A stretch of 64,000 bases of DNA from an uncultured delta proteobacterium (GTDB lineage: Bacteria; Desulfobacterota; Desulfobacteria; Desulfobacterales; QNYZ01): contig CAWJQU010000003.1 in NCBI GenBank assembly GCA_963845145.1, positions 32,001 through 96,000 on the forward strand. Reading direction: 5' to 3'. The notes beneath the pieces are model-generated. The model did no database searches, had not been told where the DNA came from, and worked only from the letters and a program-made list of their open reading frames with translations. Numbering within the stretch: the stretch's first letter is position 1; each line of letters opens with the position of its first letter. Positions 42,056 to 49,911 of the stretch are shown piece after piece. A program made the translations under genes and the position numbers.

Positions 42056-42835
42056 TTACAATTCTTTTAAAGTAATATGGCTCCCATACAAAACAGCGGC
42101 TATGCGGGCCGTTTCTGCGGTTAAATCGGTGACCCACACGGTCACACGGGGCTGGACTAAAGAATTACCCGATCCGTTGTCGCGGGCAGGAATGATTTCC
42201 CCAAGTTTACGAACCAGTGGTTTGCTGGGATCCACCAGTGTCACCCGCCGGCCTATTTTTCGACCGATAATTCGATCAAGAATACTGTAGTAGGGGTTGG
42301 CAAGAATTAATGTATCGATTTGACGAACCTTGAGCGGGTGCAGACACTTTTTTATAATAAGGAATGATTCCGGTTTGTTCATTCGATCCGCATAAATTAA
42401 GGGGACAAACAGCGGACAGGCTGAAGCGGATACACTGGCCTTCGGTTGTAGATGCTGAATAACTTCTGGGTAACGCCCGCTTTCAAGTAAAGCCGCTGAG
42501 CCGATGATACCGATCCGTCCCGTTTTGGAAACGGCCAGGGCCTGCTCTGCCGCCGGCACGACACCATCTACTACCGGCACATCCATTGCTGCGGCCAGGT
42601 ACTGGCCGGCCACACCGCCAATGGTGTGACAAGCCACCACAATGAGGCGAGCGCCCTGCTCTCTTAAAAACCCCGCCCCACCCAGTGCAAATTCGCAAAT
42701 CGTTTTGGCACTCTTCGTGCCGTAAGGTGCGCGGGCCGTGTCGCCAAAATAGACGATATCCTCGGCGGGCCATTTTTGTTGAAGGGTACGAAGAGTGATG
42801 AGTCCCCCTATGCCCGAATCAAGAATGCCAATCAT
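42056..42835 (-). CDS. glutamate racemase (MurI) homologue with degenerate active site
   Basis: DSGIGG, YFGDTARAPYGTKS and ACH(T) are present, but LGCTHY is replaced by LANPYY. Confidence 0.85.
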   Translation of the reverse strand: MIGILDSGIGGLITLRTLQQKWPAEDIVYFGDTARAPYGTKSAKTICEFALGGAGFLREQGARLIVVACHTIGGVAGQYLAAAMDVPVVDGVVPAAEQALAVSKTGRIGIIGSAALLESGRYPEVIQHLQPKASVSASACPLFVPLIYADRMNKPESFLIIKKCLHPLKVRQIDTLILANPYYSILDRIIGRKIGRRVTLVDPSKPLVRKLGEIIPARDNGSGNSLVQPRVTVWVTDLTAETARIAAVLYGSHITLKEL

Positions 42836-42877
42836 CAGTCCCCCTTCTTTCAATTAGATCGAAACGCCCGCGTAATG

Positions 42878-43810
42878 TTAAATAAACCGACTGAGACCGA
42901 TGGTCAGAGATAATAGTAGTCCATGGGCAATCAGGCTCTGGATGGTCAACGCCTGTGCCGGAATGACCCCTTCATGGGATAAGTATTCGCGCCATAATAT
43001 TTTTATGGCTTTATTCGCCAGAGGGAAAGAGACAAAAGATATCAGTAACAGCCAGGGCAGCTTCCAGAAAAGAATCATCAAAAGAATGCTTCCATAGGCC
43101 ATCAGCATGAAGGCACTATAAACATATCTTGAGTGATCCAGTCCAAGCCTGACGACCAGGTTGTTTTTTCCGGACTGGCGATCAGCCATATAATCAGGAA
43201 ATTGATTAATCCAAATCACAGCGGTAATAAAAAACCCTTGGGGAATACCCAATAGAAACGCAATGCCACTGAGCGATCCGGACATCACATAGTACGTTCC
43301 CAAAGTGACGAGGGGCCCAAAAGCTAAAAAAATGACAATTTCCCCCCAGCCACGCGACATCAATTGCAACGGCGGCGCCGAATATGTCCAACCGGCGGCT
43401 AACCCCATAAGCCCGATCACAAAAACGAGAGGTCTGCCCATAAAAGCAAGCCATAATCCGGATAAAACGCCCACAAAGAAAAACATCAATGCTAATTTCA
43501 ATATCGCGGTCCGTGCCATCTCCCCGTTTTGAATGACCCGACTCCCGCCACTAAACGGCGTCAAACGCATGTTGATCGGATCACTTCCCCCGGCGTCGTA
43601 ATAATCGTTGATTAAATTGGCGCCCAGATGCAACCCGGCTACTCCGATGAGGGTTACAATGAAATAGATCAAAACAAACGCGTTTCTTTCATAGGCCAGG
43701 CCGCCACCTATAATTACCGGAACGAAAGAGCCGGCTAAAAATGGCGCCCGCAGTGCTCTTAGGTAGATGCTTATCATTTTAAAAATCGTTTGAGGGTTAA
43801 CATCAATCAT
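42878..43810 (-). CDS. menA: 1,4-dihydroxy-2-naphthoate polyprenyltransferase (UbiA family)
   Basis: ANLINDYYD, GGSRVI, YSAPP and NQFPD..D..GKNNLVVRLG. Confidence 0.88.
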   Translation of the reverse strand: MIDVNPQTIFKMISIYLRALRAPFLAGSFVPVIIGGGLAYERNAFVLIYFIVTLIGVAGLHLGANLINDYYDAGGSDPINMRLTPFSGGSRVIQNGEMARTAILKLALMFFFVGVLSGLWLAFMGRPLVFVIGLMGLAAGWTYSAPPLQLMSRGWGEIVIFLAFGPLVTLGTYYVMSGSLSGIAFLLGIPQGFFITAVIWINQFPDYMADRQSGKNNLVVRLGLDHSRYVYSAFMLMAYGSILLMILFWKLPWLLLISFVSFPLANKAIKILWREYLSHEGVIPAQALTIQSLIAHGLLLSLTIGLSRFI

Positions 43811-43867
43811 CGGAATTATGCGGCGTATTCCATCTGTCGCCCCCCCCTATTCCTTTAAGGCTTAACG

Positions 43868-44752
43868 TTAACCAGTGGCGGAGTCTTGCCCTTCTGGATC
43901 TGCCACAATGGTTTTTATTCGCTCGAAGATATCCGGGGCACTGATCTCGTTGTCTGTGGCAATTTTCTTGATCGTTAAATTTTCACTGGCTTTAATATTC
44001 TCTTTGGCCAGTCCTCGGAGAACCATTTTTATGTTTAGGTTGTATTGGCTGCATAGATCGGCGAGCGTCAGATTGCCCGTTCCGGGAGGTGGCGTTGCCG
44101 GAAGTTTTTTTACTTTTTCTAAGGCTTCCGAGGATTTAATAAGCGAGGGTTTGATAAGTGAGGGTTTTATGATCAAAAAAACTTCCTGGGGCGGGATATT
44201 ATTAAATTTTCCTATGTCGGACAGTGTCTGCATTTCACCGGAAACCGTCAATCCGGCACCCTTTAGCATTTTCAGGCTCTCTGTCAAATCCAGGCCCATC
44301 TTTTCAGTGAACGTTTTTAATGAAGAGAGCTCCGCGTGGCCGTAGGGCGGCTCACCATATTTTTCGGCTGCGGCGTCTTTGAAATGATCGCTGATACCTA
44401 AAATGGTTGAAAAAGGAGGGATTTCGAAATAGGTTCCGGCGCCAACCAGAAGAACCAAAATCAAGGCAACATTAAAGTCTTTTGTGAAAACTTTAAAATT
44501 TTTGGCTTTGTCTTTAAGGTAGGCCATGAGCGGCCTCCAGTTGTAATAAATATGGAATCCAAGGGAAATCAGGAATAAAATTCCGGTATTGATATGAATA
44601 TCTCCCCACTGCTCCTTGCTAAGGCCCCATAATCGCCAATCGGCCCAATAGGCAACACGCCCCTGGGGAACGATATAAAGAATGACACTTGTCAAAATCA
44701 TAACCAAAAAGGACACGGCTGCTGTCAGAGATGCTATTTTTCTAATCTTCAA
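43868..44752 (-). CDS. DUF4405-domain membrane protein
   Basis: 'ILYIVPQGRVAYWADW..GLSKEQW..IHI...HIYYNW' and 'PPYGHAE'. Confidence 0.8.
   Translation of the reverse strand: MKIRKIASLTAAVSFLVMILTSVILYIVPQGRVAYWADWRLWGLSKEQWGDIHINTGILFLISLGFHIYYNWRPLMAYLKDKAKNFKVFTKDFNVALILVLLVGAGTYFEIPPFSTILGISDHFKDAAAEKYGEPPYGHAELSSLKTFTEKMGLDLTESLKMLKGAGLTVSGEMQTLSDIGKFNNIPPQEVFLIIKPSLIKPSLIKSSEALEKVKKLPATPPPGTGNLTLADLCSQYNLNIKMVLRGLAKENIKASENLTIKKIATDNEISAPDIFERIKTIVADPEGQDSATG
44130..44174. repeat. 3 x 15-bp in-frame degenerate tandem repeat (IIKPS/LIKPS/LIKSS)
   Basis: gaggatttaataagc-gagggtttgataagt-gagggttttatgatc. Confidence 0.8.
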
Positions 44753-45274
44753 TGGGATCGCGCTCCTTTACCCTTCGGTAATCAATCAAATTGGGTCATA
44801 AAATAATAAATTCAGATATTATCGTCGATCTAAACCTGTTTGTGTTTGTATTGCAAGTGCCGGCAGTGTAATCGGAATTGCCGATGTAATTTAGACCCAA
44901 TTATCTATTATATTCAAAAAAGGTCATATTTCAATTGAATGTTATGCAGGACACCCGCCTTTGGTTTAACTAAAAAATCCTTAAAAATGCTCCGAGATGA
45001 CACTCTTTTTTTAGTAATTTATTATAACATATTGTAATGTATTATATTTGTTCGATCCTTGGCCATTTCCTTGATAATTTCCACGCCGATCTTGATCTCG
45101 GAATCCGGAAAATTCTACGGCCATTCAAGGTCAAAAAATAATCTCGTTTGATTGAGTCGAGCATAATATTCACTGTCTTTGCTACCGGCATAATTATTGC
45201 GTACTTAATTGTATAAATAGTTTAGGAGCGCTGAGTGAATAATTAATGTTTGTCATGCTGCGTGAGTAATCGAT

Positions 45275-46636
45275 ATGAACCGGACACACCCAAATCGTAT
45301 CCTAATTGCCATTTTATCCTTTTATTTTTTAGTGCCTGTTTATCGACCTGCAGTCCAAGCGGAACCCGATCCCTTTCCCGTCTATTCATCTATTCAGCCC
45401 AATGTCGCCTTCTGGATTAAAATCTTTACCCAACATACATCTGAATATGCGGTTATTCATGACAACCAGGAGTTGACCCGTATATACACGGTTATCCAAT
45501 TGGTTAAGTCCGAGCATCGCGGCAGCAAAAAAATCAACCGGCTACGAATAAAAAAATCAAAGGAAAGATACAAGTCAATTTTAAGCAACCTGATGCTCGG
45601 TAAAGCCCCGGTCGGACCAACGGAACAGCGCGTCGCCGAATTGTTTGGCCCGGATGCCAAGGCCGAGGACTATCGGAAGGGCATGGAAAATATTCGGGGT
45701 CAAATCGGTCTAAAAGACCGGTTTCGTGCCGGCATCATTCGTTCGGGCGCCTACATTAACGAAATCAAACAGATTTTCCGCAAGGCCGATTTACCTGAAG
45801 ACCTCGCCTATTTGCCCCATGTGGAGTCTTCCTTTAACCCCAACGCATACAGCAAGTCGGGCGCGGTCGGGACTTGGCAATTCACCCGGCCAACCGGCAA
45901 GCTTTTCTTGAAAGTAGGTGACACCATCGATGAGCGTCGAGATCCGATGCTATCCTCTCACGCCGCGGCACAATTTCTCTGCCAAAACTATCTCAAATTA
46001 AAAAACTGGCCCATGGCCATCACGGCTTACAATCACGGCGCGAACGGTATGCTACGGGCCAAAAGATCACATGGTAGCTATGAGTCTATTCTTGAAAATT
46101 ATGAGAGCCGGTCATTTGGATTTGCTTCGCGCAATTTTTATTCAGAATTTCTGGCCGCCCGGGAAATCGCCGGAAATTATCGCAAATATTTCGGCGATCT
46201 GAAATTGGCGTCGCCCGGTAAAACCCGTGAAGTAATCCTGACCGGTTACGTATCATTGCCGGAATTGGCTCAATATTTAAAAATAACGCTTGCTGATCTA
46301 CGTAAACTCAACCCGGCCTTCAGGCAGTCGATTTTTCGGGGTCAAAAATATGTACCCAAAGGATATCCTCTGCAACTGCCGGATAGAAACAATGAAAACT
46401 GGAATGCAGTATTTTCAAAGCTGCCCGATAAATTTTACCGGCAAAAACAGCGGCGCAGTCGTGTCTATATCGTTCGCAGAGGAGACACTGCTGGAAAAAT
46501 TGCCAGGCGCCACGGAGTTACCCTAAGCGCCTTAATTGCCGCCAACAATCTAAATTCCCGAGCGACTATTTACGTCAACCAGAAAATAAAGATCCCGCTT
46601 CAGGCTGAAAAAACGATGCTCATAGCCAAAACTTAA
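45275..46636 (+). CDS. lytic transglycosylase (SLT/MltD-like) with LysM
   Basis: LPHVESSFN, GTWQF, AITAYNHG and LysM 'YIVRRGDT..IARRHGV...NNL'. Confidence 0.92.
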   Translation: MNRTHPNRILIAILSFYFLVPVYRPAVQAEPDPFPVYSSIQPNVAFWIKIFTQHTSEYAVIHDNQELTRIYTVIQLVKSEHRGSKKINRLRIKKSKERYKSILSNLMLGKAPVGPTEQRVAELFGPDAKAEDYRKGMENIRGQIGLKDRFRAGIIRSGAYINEIKQIFRKADLPEDLAYLPHVESSFNPNAYSKSGAVGTWQFTRPTGKLFLKVGDTIDERRDPMLSSHAAAQFLCQNYLKLKNWPMAITAYNHGANGMLRAKRSHGSYESILENYESRSFGFASRNFYSEFLAAREIAGNYRKYFGDLKLASPGKTREVILTGYVSLPELAQYLKITLADLRKLNPAFRQSIFRGQKYVPKGYPLQLPDRNNENWNAVFSKLPDKFYRQKQRRSRVYIVRRGDTAGKIARRHGVTLSALIAANNLNSRATIYVNQKIKIPLQAEKTMLIAKT

Positions 46637-46655
46637 CCATCTACTTACGATTTTT

Positions 46656-47303
46656 TTAGTACCGCCCTCTCTCCTTTGGAGAATTAATGATCGCGTCAAT
46701 CTCATTCTGGGATAAATACTCGGCAACATAATGTTTACCCTGAGAGTCAAGCTGTGTGCCAAATGCCCTGAGATGGTTGCGAGACCCTTTCAATAAGTTC
46801 AAATACACCCGGGTGATATCCTGTTTATCGGTCTCCGCCACCAACTCTTCCAGATCGAAAATGTCGAGATCTTCAATTGTGGCTCCCACCTGAAACGCTT
46901 CCGAAAGGGATTCACTGCCAGTGGTAATCAGGGTATTATACAGATCCTGAATATGACCATCACTAAACTCGCCTTCGGCTTTACCGGTTGAGGGATCCGA
47001 AAGCCCGTACTTATCCAAAAGATTTTTAATCGCATCCATGTGGCGTTGCTCACTTCCGGCAATATTTTCAAATATCGTTTGCCCCCAACGATCAGATAGA
47101 TACAAGTACACATCCCGTGCAAGCTTCTCTTCCTCGCGCATCTGCAACAAGCCGGCTTCTTCGTCCGGTGATAGTATGGGTGCTGAAGAGCCGCCGCCAC
47201 TATCGCCTTTTCCGCCGTTTCCCCGGCCTTGAGCCAGTACATTGGAATTGGCTAAAAACATTACCACCAGCATCATCGCACCCAGTTTCAACATTTTTCT
47301 CAT
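46656..47303 (-). CDS. exported DUF2202 (ferritin-like) protein
   Basis: MREEEKLARDVY, SEQRH, IEDLDI and GSRNHLRAF. Signal peptide starts at ATG 47303 after GGGAGG. Confidence 0.88.
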   Translation of the reverse strand: MRKMLKLGAMMLVVMFLANSNVLAQGRGNGGKGDSGGGSSAPILSPDEEAGLLQMREEEKLARDVYLYLSDRWGQTIFENIAGSEQRHMDAIKNLLDKYGLSDPSTGKAEGEFSDGHIQDLYNTLITTGSESLSEAFQVGATIEDLDIFDLEELVAETDKQDITRVYLNLLKGSRNHLRAFGTQLDSQGKHYVAEYLSQNEIDAIINSPKERGRY

Positions 47304-47469
47304 TTTATCCCTCCCTGTCGGTTTGGTGTCACGTGCGTTATTATTTATGATGAACTCGTAAAAAATCATCAAAAGGGATTACGAAGCCATCATTTATTAC
47401 AACTCGCGTCTTTTATGCTCATACGCCTCTGAAGAAAAACCCAAGGGCTATTGGCAACATATGCGTAAA

Positions 47470-47494
47470 GACCTTGTAAAACGGATAAGGTTAC
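47470..47494 (-). promoter_or_regulatory. putative ECF promoter (DUF2202 gene)
   Basis: GTAAC-N16-GGTC on the minus strand. Confidence 0.55.
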
Positions 47495-47565
47495 AAATTT
47501 TATTATAATAGCTAAATCCGGTATCTGTCCCTTATTACCGGTACCGGTCATGTCCGAAAGATTGA

Positions 47566-47600
47566 CACCCCAATTGAGTGAAAAAGGCTCAATTGGGGTG
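47566..47600. terminator. 13-bp perfect hairpin downstream of the Gly/Pro repeat gene
   Basis: CACCCCAATTGAG-N9-CTCAATTGGGGTG; no clear U-tract. Confidence 0.55.
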
Positions 47601-47693
47601 GATTGTCTCATTATATGGTTTTCATCCCAGTTCAGGTACTCACTTCGGCGCCATAGCGCTGGGGGACCATTAATTTTTAGACTTATATTTTAA

Positions 47694-48185
47694 CTAACAT
47701 TCTCCTGGGCCATATCCGGTACCGTCCTCGGGCGCGTCTCCAGTGCCACTCCCATCACCGGGACCATGACCATTCCCAGTCCCGTTACCACCGGAAGACC
47801 CGTCACCTGTGCCAGAACCTGCACCAGGACCAGAACCTGCACCAGGACCAGGACCTGCACCAGGGCCAGAGCCTGCACCGGGACCAGGACCTGCACCAGG
47901 GCCAGAGCCTGCGCCGGGACCAGGACCTGCACCGGGACCAGGACCTGCGCCGGGACCAGGACCTGCACCGGGACCAGGACCTGCACCAGGGCCAGAGCCT
48001 GCACCGGGACCAGGACCTGCACCGGGACCAGGACCTGCACCAGGGCCAGGACCTGCACCAGGGCCCTTGGCAAGCAGAACCTGTTGATTACCGTTGCTTA
48101 GGGTTGTATCGTCACCCCAGGCCAACCCTGACACCGTAAAAATGGTTAACATAATTGTAACTATCCGAATTAAATTGCGTAACAT
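47694..48185 (-). CDS. exported Gly/Pro repeat protein, (GPGAG[P/S])14
   Basis: Strong RBS AAAGGAGG, signal peptide (..SGLAWG|DD), repeat body and acidic tail DGTGYGPGEC. Confidence 0.85.
   Translation of the reverse strand: MLRNLIRIVTIMLTIFTVSGLAWGDDTTLSNGNQQVLLAKGPGAGPGPGAGPGPGAGPGPGAGSGPGAGPGPGAGPGPGAGPGPGAGPGPGAGSGPGAGPGPGAGSGPGAGPGPGAGSGPGAGSGTGDGSSGGNGTGNGHGPGDGSGTGDAPEDGTGYGPGEC
47814..48065. repeat. 14 x 18-bp coding tandem repeat
   Basis: Unit approximately aggacctgcaccgggacc, with wobble-position variation consistent with the GPGAGP frame. Confidence 0.95.
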
Positions 48186-48303
48186 GTTGCCTCCTTTCGA
48201 TTAAATACTGCCTCGGATTAAGGGTCACTTCAAAAGTAACCCGTTCAAGAAAAAGGCTGCTTCGCTTTCTTTTGCCTTTCCAATTTTCATTTCTAAATTC
48301 GAA

Positions 48304-48328
48304 AACGGTTCAGCCGAGGAATGGTTAC
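48304..48328 (-). promoter_or_regulatory. putative ECF promoter (Gly/Pro repeat gene)
   Basis: GTAAC-N16-CGTT on the minus strand. Confidence 0.7.
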
Positions 48329-48430
48329 ACTTTTTATTTACTGTTTTTGACAATTGGCTAATAAAGGCGACATATTACGTTTAAATGGAATTTTGGCTAC
48401 GGATATCTATTAGATAGTTTGCTAAAAAAC

Positions 48431-48455
48431 GTAACTTTTGATCAAAAAAAACGTT
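48431..48455 (+). promoter_or_regulatory. putative autoregulatory ECF promoter
   Basis: GTAAC-N16-CGTT, 11 bp before GTG 48467. Confidence 0.7.
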
Positions 48456-48466
48456 ATAATACCAAG

Positions 48467-48943
48467 GTGAACAATTTCAGAGAATTCTATCAAAAGAATA
48501 AGGGCCGGCTTTTCGGCTATTTTCTGCGAATGACGGGCAATTACGACCTTTCTGCAGATCTGATGCAGGATAGTTTTACCCGTTATTTTGAACGATACAA
48601 AGGCAAGAAAGCCAGTGTGGCGTTGCTCTTTACGATTGGTCGAAACCTTTTGTTTGACAACTTTCGACGCAAAGACACCACCAAAGCCTATGAGGAAGAA
48701 AAGCACGGCTCAAACTGGGGCTTTGAAAAATCGATTCTGATCCGTGAAGAGTATCGCCAGGTTCTTTCTGCTATGCAACAGCTTCAAAAAGATGAAAGAG
48801 AGATGCTGACACTGGCCGTCAGCAGCGATCTCTCATATCGGGAGATCGCCCGCATAACCGGAAATAGCGAGGCCAACGTAAAGGTTAAAATACATCGTTC
48901 GCGGTTAAAATTGAAACAATTCCTTCGGGCAGGTGACATATGA
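48467..48943 (+). CDS. ECF-type RNA polymerase sigma factor
   Basis: Region 2 'SADLMQDSF..LFTIGRN..D..RR' and region 4 'LSYREIARITG.SEANVKVKIHRSR'. Start is reassigned to GTG 48467. Confidence 0.93.
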   Translation: MNNFREFYQKNKGRLFGYFLRMTGNYDLSADLMQDSFTRYFERYKGKKASVALLFTIGRNLLFDNFRRKDTTKAYEEEKHGSNWGFEKSILIREEYRQVLSAMQQLQKDEREMLTLAVSSDLSYREIARITGNSEANVKVKIHRSRLKLKQFLRAGDI

Positions 48944-49533
48944 GAGACAATTTAATCAGCTTGTATATTGATAACGAGATGACCCTCGATAACAAGGTTC
49001 AATTCGTGGAGACCGTCCATGCGAGTAGAGACTTTACCCACAACGCCATCGAATTGCTTCACCAGGAAAAAATTTTGACCGGTGACATGGTCACACGAAT
49101 ACCTGAGATGAAGTCAGCGCTGCCCAAACCAATTTTTCTGCGTTGGTTGCGCCCTGTGGCGGCATTTTCTGTGGTTTTATTTCTATTTACCCTTGTCTGG
49201 TTCCGCTATGACCTGCCACGAATCATATCCGGTGTGGGATCCGGTATCGAATCCGTAAGTAAAATAAAGGTCCCCCATCGATTCGTGATCTATCGCCCCG
49301 ATGCCCGCCAGGCCGAAATTATCGGTACGTTTACCGACTGGCAACCGGTCATCATGGAAAACGCCGGATCGAGTGGTTATTGGACGATTACCCTTAACCT
49401 GTATGAAGGAGAGCACCGTTACAGCTACCGGGTTGAAAAGGGGCAACAAATGGCCGATCCCACCGTTCGATTACGTGAAACAGACGATTTTGGTGGAGAA
49501 AATTCAATTATCGAGGTAAAAAGTGCCGTATGA
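48940..49533 (+). CDS. putative anti-sigma factor with C-terminal CBM48/AMPK glycogen-binding-like domain
   Basis: ATGA-coupled to the sigma. N-terminal 'LISLYIDNEM' ASD-like helix, one TM helix, then 'IIGTFTDW...YWTITLNL..GEHRYSY.V....DP...DDFGGENS'. Confidence 0.82.
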   Translation: MRDNLISLYIDNEMTLDNKVQFVETVHASRDFTHNAIELLHQEKILTGDMVTRIPEMKSALPKPIFLRWLRPVAAFSVVLFLFTLVWFRYDLPRIISGVGSGIESVSKIKVPHRFVIYRPDARQAEIIGTFTDWQPVIMENAGSSGYWTITLNLYEGEHRYSYRVEKGQQMADPTVRLRETDDFGGENSIIEVKSAV

Positions 49534-49853
49534 AAAAAGGCATATGGATACTCGTACTCGTTTATATGGGTTTGGCAGGGTGCGTACCGGGGCATTTTAC
49601 CAACAACAATGGCGATTTTATAAAACTATACCTTCGCGCGCCAAGTGCTAACGCTGTACAGTTCGTTTCCAATTTGGATCGCTATCAGATCCACGATATT
49701 GAAACAAACAGCCAGGGCCTGTGGGAGGTCCGTGTCCCCAGTCATTCTGAATTTAAATACTTTTATATCGTTGATGGTTTGGTATTTCTCCCCAACTGCC
49801 AATTTAAAGAAAACGATGATTTTGGAAGGCAAAATTGTATCTATCAGCCATGA
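49530..49853 (+). CDS. small lipoprotein with CBM48/E-set-like domain
   Basis: Lipobox LAGC; 'APSANAV...GLWEV...FKYFYIVDG...DDFGRQN'. Confidence 0.78.
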   Translation: MKKGIWILVLVYMGLAGCVPGHFTNNNGDFIKLYLRAPSANAVQFVSNLDRYQIHDIETNSQGLWEVRVPSHSEFKYFYIVDGLVFLPNCQFKENDDFGRQNCIYQP

Positions 49854-49856
49854 CCG

Positions 49857-49881
49857 GTAACCTTTCGTGCTGTCAACCGTT
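49857..49881 (+). promoter_or_regulatory. putative ECF promoter (Gly-rich exported protein)
   Basis: GTAAC-N16-CGTT. Confidence 0.7.
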
Positions 49882-49911
49882 AACTCAACAGGTGACCTGA
49901 CGGAGATCCCC

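Noticed and set aside
45055..45135. Weak inverted repeats upstream of the transglycosylase as a third palindrome copy
   Set aside because: The conserved CCCAATCTC and CCTCGAAATAC blocks are missing and pairing is poor.
47814..48065. Possible CRISPR array
   Set aside because: It is a contiguous tandem repeat with no unique spacers and no cas genes.
47690..48101. Alternative-frame repeat ORFs (VQVLVP, CTRTRT, PGPAPG)
   Set aside because: They are by-products of the 18-bp repeat; only the GPGAGP frame has an RBS, signal peptide and wobble-consistent variation.
48236..48260. Other GTAAC sites (48236, 29581, 51993) as ECF promoters
   Set aside because: They have no (C/G)GT at 16-bp spacing and/or the wrong orientation relative to genes.
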